From the NCBI GenBank assembly GCA_963702845.1, contig OY969763.1, positions 4,608,001-4,672,000 on the forward strand: DNA of 64,000 bases, read 5' to 3'. This stretch comes from an uncultured Verrucomicrobiae bacterium (GTDB taxonomy: Bacteria; Verrucomicrobiota; Verrucomicrobiia; Limisphaerales; Palsa-1400). The notes beneath the pieces were generated by a model. It saw nothing but the letters and a program-made list of their open reading frames with translations, did not search any database and was not told the DNA's origin. The translations under genes and the position numbers were made by a program. This document shows positions 59,478-64,000 of the stretch, in pieces (the stretch's first letter is position 1; each line of letters begins with the position of its first letter).

Positions 59478-62400
59478 TTATTTCTTAAACGCGTGATACT
59501 TCGGCTTACCGCCGGATTGCAGGTAAGCAACGAGATCAAGAATCTCGTCCTTCGTCAGCACGTTCACCAAACCCTCGGGCATCGGCGAAAGCTTCGACGC
59601 GCGACGTTCCTGCACGTCAGACTTCTTCACCTCTTTTTTCGTCTGCTTCAATGCGTCTGTGACCAGAACAATCTTTTTATCGTCCTCTTCAACAATACGC
59701 CCGGTCACATCATCGCCATCTTTCAGGAACACCGTCGTATTCTGGAACTGTTCGGAAACTACCTTTGAAGGCTCGATAATTGATTCCAAAATGTCGCGAG
59801 CCGCCAACCGGCTCGACACGGCGGTTAACTCCGGTCCAACCGCTCCACCGGCGTTGCCGAATCGATGACATTGCGCGCACTGAGCGGCAGCGAACGCCTC
59901 TTTGCCCTTTTCAAAGGACCGCCCGCGTTTCAGAAATTCAGTTGAAGGCAACAACTCCTGCAACTTCCACGCTTGAACAAATTTGTGCGGAGCCACGGTC
60001 GCAGCCGTCTTGTTCGTGTCGTCCTTCGGCAGCACCGGTGTCAGTGCGAACTTGTCCTCCGCCGTCAATGTATCGATCGCTTCCTTGCGGAAGTTCTCCA
60101 TGAATTTCGGGAAACTCGATCCGTCGCTATAATCGCGTTCCACGTCAGCAAAATATTGAAGGATACCGCCGGTGTGACCGAGCTTGGTGCGGTCTTTATC
60201 AAACCACGTGAAATACTGTTTGCGCTGGTCCAGCGTCCAGCCGTTGGTAATCGTGCGCAATCGCAGTATGTAATAGATCTGCTCTTCCTGCGTCGGCGCT
60301 TTGTCGAGCAACGACAACGTTTTCGAAATAGCGTCTGGCGCGCCGAGGTAAAGCAGCAATTGGCAATACTCACGATTCAACATTTCGGTGCGCGCGGGGT
60401 AATGCGGGCTGAGCTTTTCAATCGCAAGCTGCTGCAACTCCGTCGAAGGCTTGCCTTGGCGGGCGCAGCTCACCTCAATCACGCGCAGCTTCAGCAACTC
60501 CTGATCTTCACTCAACGTGTCGATCGGGAATTTCTTCAACGCCTTCAGCAGCGGCGCCTGGCTTTCTGTGTCGCCACAACGGGCCAATGCCAGCAACGCC
60601 GTCAATCCAGCGTTCACATTGGTTTCGTTCAAGGCGCGATCTTTCCACGAACCAACCTCCTGGCTTTCAATCGCGATTCGCGCGGCGTAACGGATAAACC
60701 GGTCGCTGCTGGCCAAGTGTGGCCACGAAAAATCCACCGCCCCGGGGACGCGCCGACCCTGATACAACTCAAGTTGATGCCGCAAGTCACGCGCCTGCCG
60801 CGCTTTCCACGACGCTGCCAACTCTTCCTTCGTCTCTGTGGACTTCATCTTCTTGCCCACGTAAGTGACGCGATAAAGGCCCGCCTGGGTATGTCGTCCG
60901 CCACTCAGAAAATACAGCGCGCCATCGTTGCCGAATTCAATGTCGGTCACGTTCAGCGGCTTTCCGCGCAGCAACGTTTCAAACTCGCCGCTGTAACTCG
61001 CGCCATCGGCGGTGGGATACATCATCATGATGCGGCCATATGACCAATCGAGCAGGAATAACGCGTTGCGATATTTCTCGGGAAAATTGCTCGCGTAACC
61101 AAATTTGATGCCAGTCGGCGACCCGATGCCGATGTTTTTAATCGGTGGCAATGTGTCCTGATTGTATGGCTGGAACTTACCCGAACCTTCGCGGAAACCG
61201 TAGTCACCACCCGAGACAAGGTGACAGACGCGAGTCGGCCGATACCACGGCGTGCCCCAGTCCCATTCCATATCGCTGTCGAAGCCAAACAACTCGCCCG
61301 CGTTATTAAACGCGATATCATACGTGTTACGCATTCCGGCGCAGAACAGTTCCGGATTGCGTCCATCCAGGTCCATCCGCATCACAAATCCACCCGGCGG
61401 CAAAACTCCATTGCCAAACCCGTTCCCGTCGGCCGCCCGCGGCAACAATTGGTCGTCGGCATAACCGAACATCGGCGAATCCAGCGATTGGTCAGCGGGG
61501 CGCTTTGTAAAATTCCCATTCACCACATACAGCCGCTGGTCAGGGCCCAACACAATCGCGTGCGAGCCATGTTCGCCTTCCCCTTTCTCCATGGGGCGGA
61601 TCAAGACTGGCGCATCGTAATAATCGCCACGATCCATCATGCGATAAATGCCGAGACCATTCGGCCCTTTGCCGTTCACAAACAAACTATGCTCGGCATA
61701 GAGCAAACCCATCGCCTCGCCGACCGGCTGTTCGATCGTCTCAACCTTCGCGACCTTGCCTTTGTTGATTGTGAACCGAAGCAGGTTGCCGTCGTGTTGC
61801 GGGGAAACAATCAATCGCCCGGTCGGATCAACCGTCATTGAAACCCATGAGCCTTCGGTGATGCCTGCTGAACGCAGCAGCTCAACCTTGAAACCGGGCA
61901 TCACTTTAAGTGATTCGGCAGTGGTCGCAGTCGGCGGCGTGAACACGTTACCCCATGGTTGGTCGCCCATCTTCCCCACTTTTACCGCATGCTTCCACGC
62001 CTGGTCATCAAACTTGATCTTTTTCCACCCGGCAGCTTCTTCCGTCGAAACCAGCCAGGAGTTGTCCGTCACATAAACATTGATCCAGCGCAGACCGGCA
62101 TGTTGTTTCGCGTCGAATTTCTGGTGATTGGATCCGAGCGTGGGATGGACAGTTTGCAGCCGCGCGATGAAACCAGCCTTGCCCCCGGCATTCTCGATTC
62201 GTGCGGTGATCACGTTCGCTCCCTCGTGCAAATGCTTTGTGACATCGACGACGACCGCCTCTTTCCAATCCTTGATGGTCGCAACCGACTGACCATTGAT
62301 AAACACCTCGCCCTTGTCATCGGCGGTTGTTACCAACTCCGCGCGAACAAACGGCTTCGGAACGTCAAAGGTCTTGCGGAAATATCGAACCTCATTCGAG

Positions 62401-62516
62401 CTGGAATCGTTGTGTTTCGAATCCCAAAGCCATTCCGCAGTTTGAGCATGGAGCGATGCGGCGCAACAGGCCACCGACGCAAACGACAAAACGACACGTA
62501 AAAACCGATAATTCAT
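59478..62516 (-). CDS. PVC-type heme c-binding beta-propeller dehydrogenase-like protein
   Basis: Signal peptide; sugar-binding-like N-domain (YFRKTF...GANVIT); propeller (GMRNTYDIAF, DSDMEWD, GSPTG); HEAT-like region; CAQCH with GPELT and SPMPEGL. Confidence 0.88.
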   Translation of the reverse strand: MNYRFLRVVLSFASVACCAASLHAQTAEWLWDSKHNDSSSNEVRYFRKTFDVPKPFVRAELVTTADDKGEVFINGQSVATIKDWKEAVVVDVTKHLHEGANVITARIENAGGKAGFIARLQTVHPTLGSNHQKFDAKQHAGLRWINVYVTDNSWLVSTEEAAGWKKIKFDDQAWKHAVKVGKMGDQPWGNVFTPPTATTAESLKVMPGFKVELLRSAGITEGSWVSMTVDPTGRLIVSPQHDGNLLRFTINKGKVAKVETIEQPVGEAMGLLYAEHSLFVNGKGPNGLGIYRMMDRGDYYDAPVLIRPMEKGEGEHGSHAIVLGPDQRLYVVNGNFTKRPADQSLDSPMFGYADDQLLPRAADGNGFGNGVLPPGGFVMRMDLDGRNPELFCAGMRNTYDIAFNNAGELFGFDSDMEWDWGTPWYRPTRVCHLVSGGDYGFREGSGKFQPYNQDTLPPIKNIGIGSPTGIKFGYASNFPEKYRNALFLLDWSYGRIMMMYPTADGASYSGEFETLLRGKPLNVTDIEFGNDGALYFLSGGRHTQAGLYRVTYVGKKMKSTETKEELAASWKARQARDLRHQLELYQGRRVPGAVDFSWPHLASSDRFIRYAARIAIESQEVGSWKDRALNETNVNAGLTALLALARCGDTESQAPLLKALKKFPIDTLSEDQELLKLRVIEVSCARQGKPSTELQQLAIEKLSPHYPARTEMLNREYCQLLLYLGAPDAISKTLSLLDKAPTQEEQIYYILRLRTITNGWTLDQRKQYFTWFDKDRTKLGHTGGILQYFADVERDYSDGSSFPKFMENFRKEAIDTLTAEDKFALTPVLPKDDTNKTAATVAPHKFVQAWKLQELLPSTEFLKRGRSFEKGKEAFAAAQCAQCHRFGNAGGAVGPELTAVSSRLAARDILESIIEPSKVVSEQFQNTTVFLKDGDDVTGRIVEEDDKKIVLVTDALKQTKKEVKKSDVQERRASKLSPMPEGLVNVLTKDEILDLVAYLQSGGKPKYHAFKK

Positions 62517-62647
62517 ATTGAAGCGGACCGAGGCAATCGACGCAAAGCCAGGGAACCGCATTCAAAATAAACAGTGCGACGATGTATTCAAGAATGAACA
62601 TCCGGCGAGGCCATGGTTGCGTGCAATTAAAAGTGGTGGTCGATGGC

Positions 62648-62719
62648 GGTAGGGCGAGGCGCCCGCCGAGCTTTGGTGCCTGCTACTCGTCCCGTAAAAG
62701 GCTCGGCGCTCGCCCTACC
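62648..62719. repeat. Inverted pair of GTAG-type REP elements
   Basis: GGTAGGGCGAGGCGCCCGCCGAGC (62648-71) and GCTCGGCGCTCGCCCTACC (62701-19, internally deleted). Confidence 0.7.
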
Positions 62720-62906
62720 CGCTGAACTTGTGCAAACTGAAATGTCTGTTTAAGCTATTGTCCTTGCGCTGCATTCCCAGCCAGCGCCTCGCAGTTACGG
62801 CCCCGGTTCAGGCATAAAGCACTTGATCTAAGGTTTTTCGGCGACCCCGAATGAAATATTTAATGAACACGAAACTGTTTTTGAGCGTCAGGGAATACAC
62901 TACGTT

Positions 62907-64000
62907 ATGTGGATAGTCGCTCTGGCGTTACGACGCCCCTATACTTTCGTTGTTGCAGCCATCTTCCTGCTGCTGCTGGCGCCCTTGCTTATTCTCAATA
63001 CGCCTACCGATATCTTTCCGGCCATTAACATCCCGGTCATTAGCGTCATTTGGCAATATCAGGGCCTCGACGCGCAAAACATCGAGCAACGCATCGTTTA
63101 CAACCACGAACGGGCGATGACCGCGACGGTCAATGACATTGAGCACATGGAATCGACCTCTTACAATGGGGTCGGCGTCATCAAGGTCTTCCTGCAACCG
63201 GGCGCTTCCGTCGACGCCGGCGTGGCGCAAGTTACTGCCGTCGCCCAAACCGTCTTGCGCCAGATGCCACCCGGCCAAACGCCGCCGCTCATCATTCGCT
63301 ACAACGCATCGACGGTTCCGATTTTGCAATACAGCATCACGAGCAAAACGCTGCCTGAGCAGGAAATTTATGACATGACGTTGAACCAGGTGCGCGTCGG
63401 CTTATCGACTGTGCGCGGCGCAGTGATGCCTTGGCCATATGGCGGAAAAACGCGCGTCATCTCAGCGGATCTGGATTTAGCGGCGCTCAAATCGAAGGGA
63501 CTTTCGCCAGTTGACGTTGTCAGTGCGATCAGCGCGCAAAATCTAATCCTGCCCGGCGGCACGGCCAAGATCGGCTCGACCGAGTACGATCTGGAAGTGA
63601 ACGGCAGCCCGAAGTTGTTGAGTGACTTAAATAACCTGCCGATTAAAACGGTGAACGGCGCGACGATTTATGTTCGCGACGTGGCACAAATTCGGGACGG
63701 CTTTTTGCCGCAACAAAATGTCGTGCGCAAAGATGGTGTGCGCGGCGCGTTGCTCACCGTCTTGAAAACCGGGTCGGCTTCCACGCTTGATGTCGTGCAC
63801 CAGATCAAATCGCTTCTGCCCGGAATCCTGAGCACCGTCCCCCCGGAGTTGGAAGTCAAAGAATTTGCCGATCAATCGCTCTTCGTGAGCAACGCCATTT
63901 CCGACGTGTTGAAGGAAGGCACCATCGCCGCAGCCCTGACTGCTTTGATGATTCTCTTGTTCATCGGCTCATGGCGCAGCACGGTTATCATCGCAATTTC
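62907..64000 (+). CDS. RND efflux transporter permease subunit (AcrB-like), truncated by the window end
   Basis: MWIVALALRRPYTFVV...DIFPAINIPVISVIWQYQG...TVNDIEHMES...FIGSWRSTVII; missing from the ORF track because it has no stop in the window. Confidence 0.92.
   Translation, partial: MWIVALALRRPYTFVVAAIFLLLLAPLLILNTPTDIFPAINIPVISVIWQYQGLDAQNIEQRIVYNHERAMTATVNDIEHMESTSYNGVGVIKVFLQPGASVDAGVAQVTAVAQTVLRQMPPGQTPPLIIRYNASTVPILQYSITSKTLPEQEIYDMTLNQVRVGLSTVRGAVMPWPYGGKTRVISADLDLAALKSKGLSPVDVVSAISAQNLILPGGTAKIGSTEYDLEVNGSPKLLSDLNNLPIKTVNGATIYVRDVAQIRDGFLPQQNVVRKDGVRGALLTVLKTGSASTLDVVHQIKSLLPGILSTVPPELEVKEFADQSLFVSNAISDVLKEGTIAAALTALMILLFIGSWRSTVIIAI

Noticed and set aside
30481..61841. Long antisense ORFs such as 30481..31473, 35964..36953, 48199..49266 and 59973..61043
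   Set aside because: Shadow frames opposite well-supported genes

Overview
Chromosomal segment of a bacterium, most likely Verrucomicrobiota of the Pedosphaera/Limisphaerales type. This is inferred from a Verru_Chthon-like prepilin cassette, an H-X9-DG-type prepilin, a PVC-type heme c dehydrogenase and mqnC; no database search was run. About 53 CDS are present. The left half is mostly housekeeping: rny, 5-FTHF cyclo-ligase, der, rpsU, infA, accBC, holB, tamB/tamA, ltaE and mqnC, plus a MarR/ClC pair and carbohydrate enzymes. The most interesting part is 35.3-51.1 kb on the minus strand. There a BrnT-like/RHH toxin-antitoxin-like pair, with an operator-like repeat at its promoter, opens a chain of overlapping or nearly abutting genes for five type IV prepilin-like proteins, the last about 1280 aa. 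A roughly 2350-aa modular subtilase follows. Other signals: heptamer repeats inside the cleavable prepilin leaders, a C-terminal domain shared by two unrelated exported proteins, a strong Thr-Asn bias in exported proteins, 10-bp-period tandem arrays, widespread leaderless-type promoters and several candidate small RNAs or attenuators. Several genes, including the normally essential accC, carry single-base frameshifts that are best explained as long-read consensus errors, so split ORFs were merged by hand. No rRNA, tRNA, CRISPR array, transposase or integrase was recognised.
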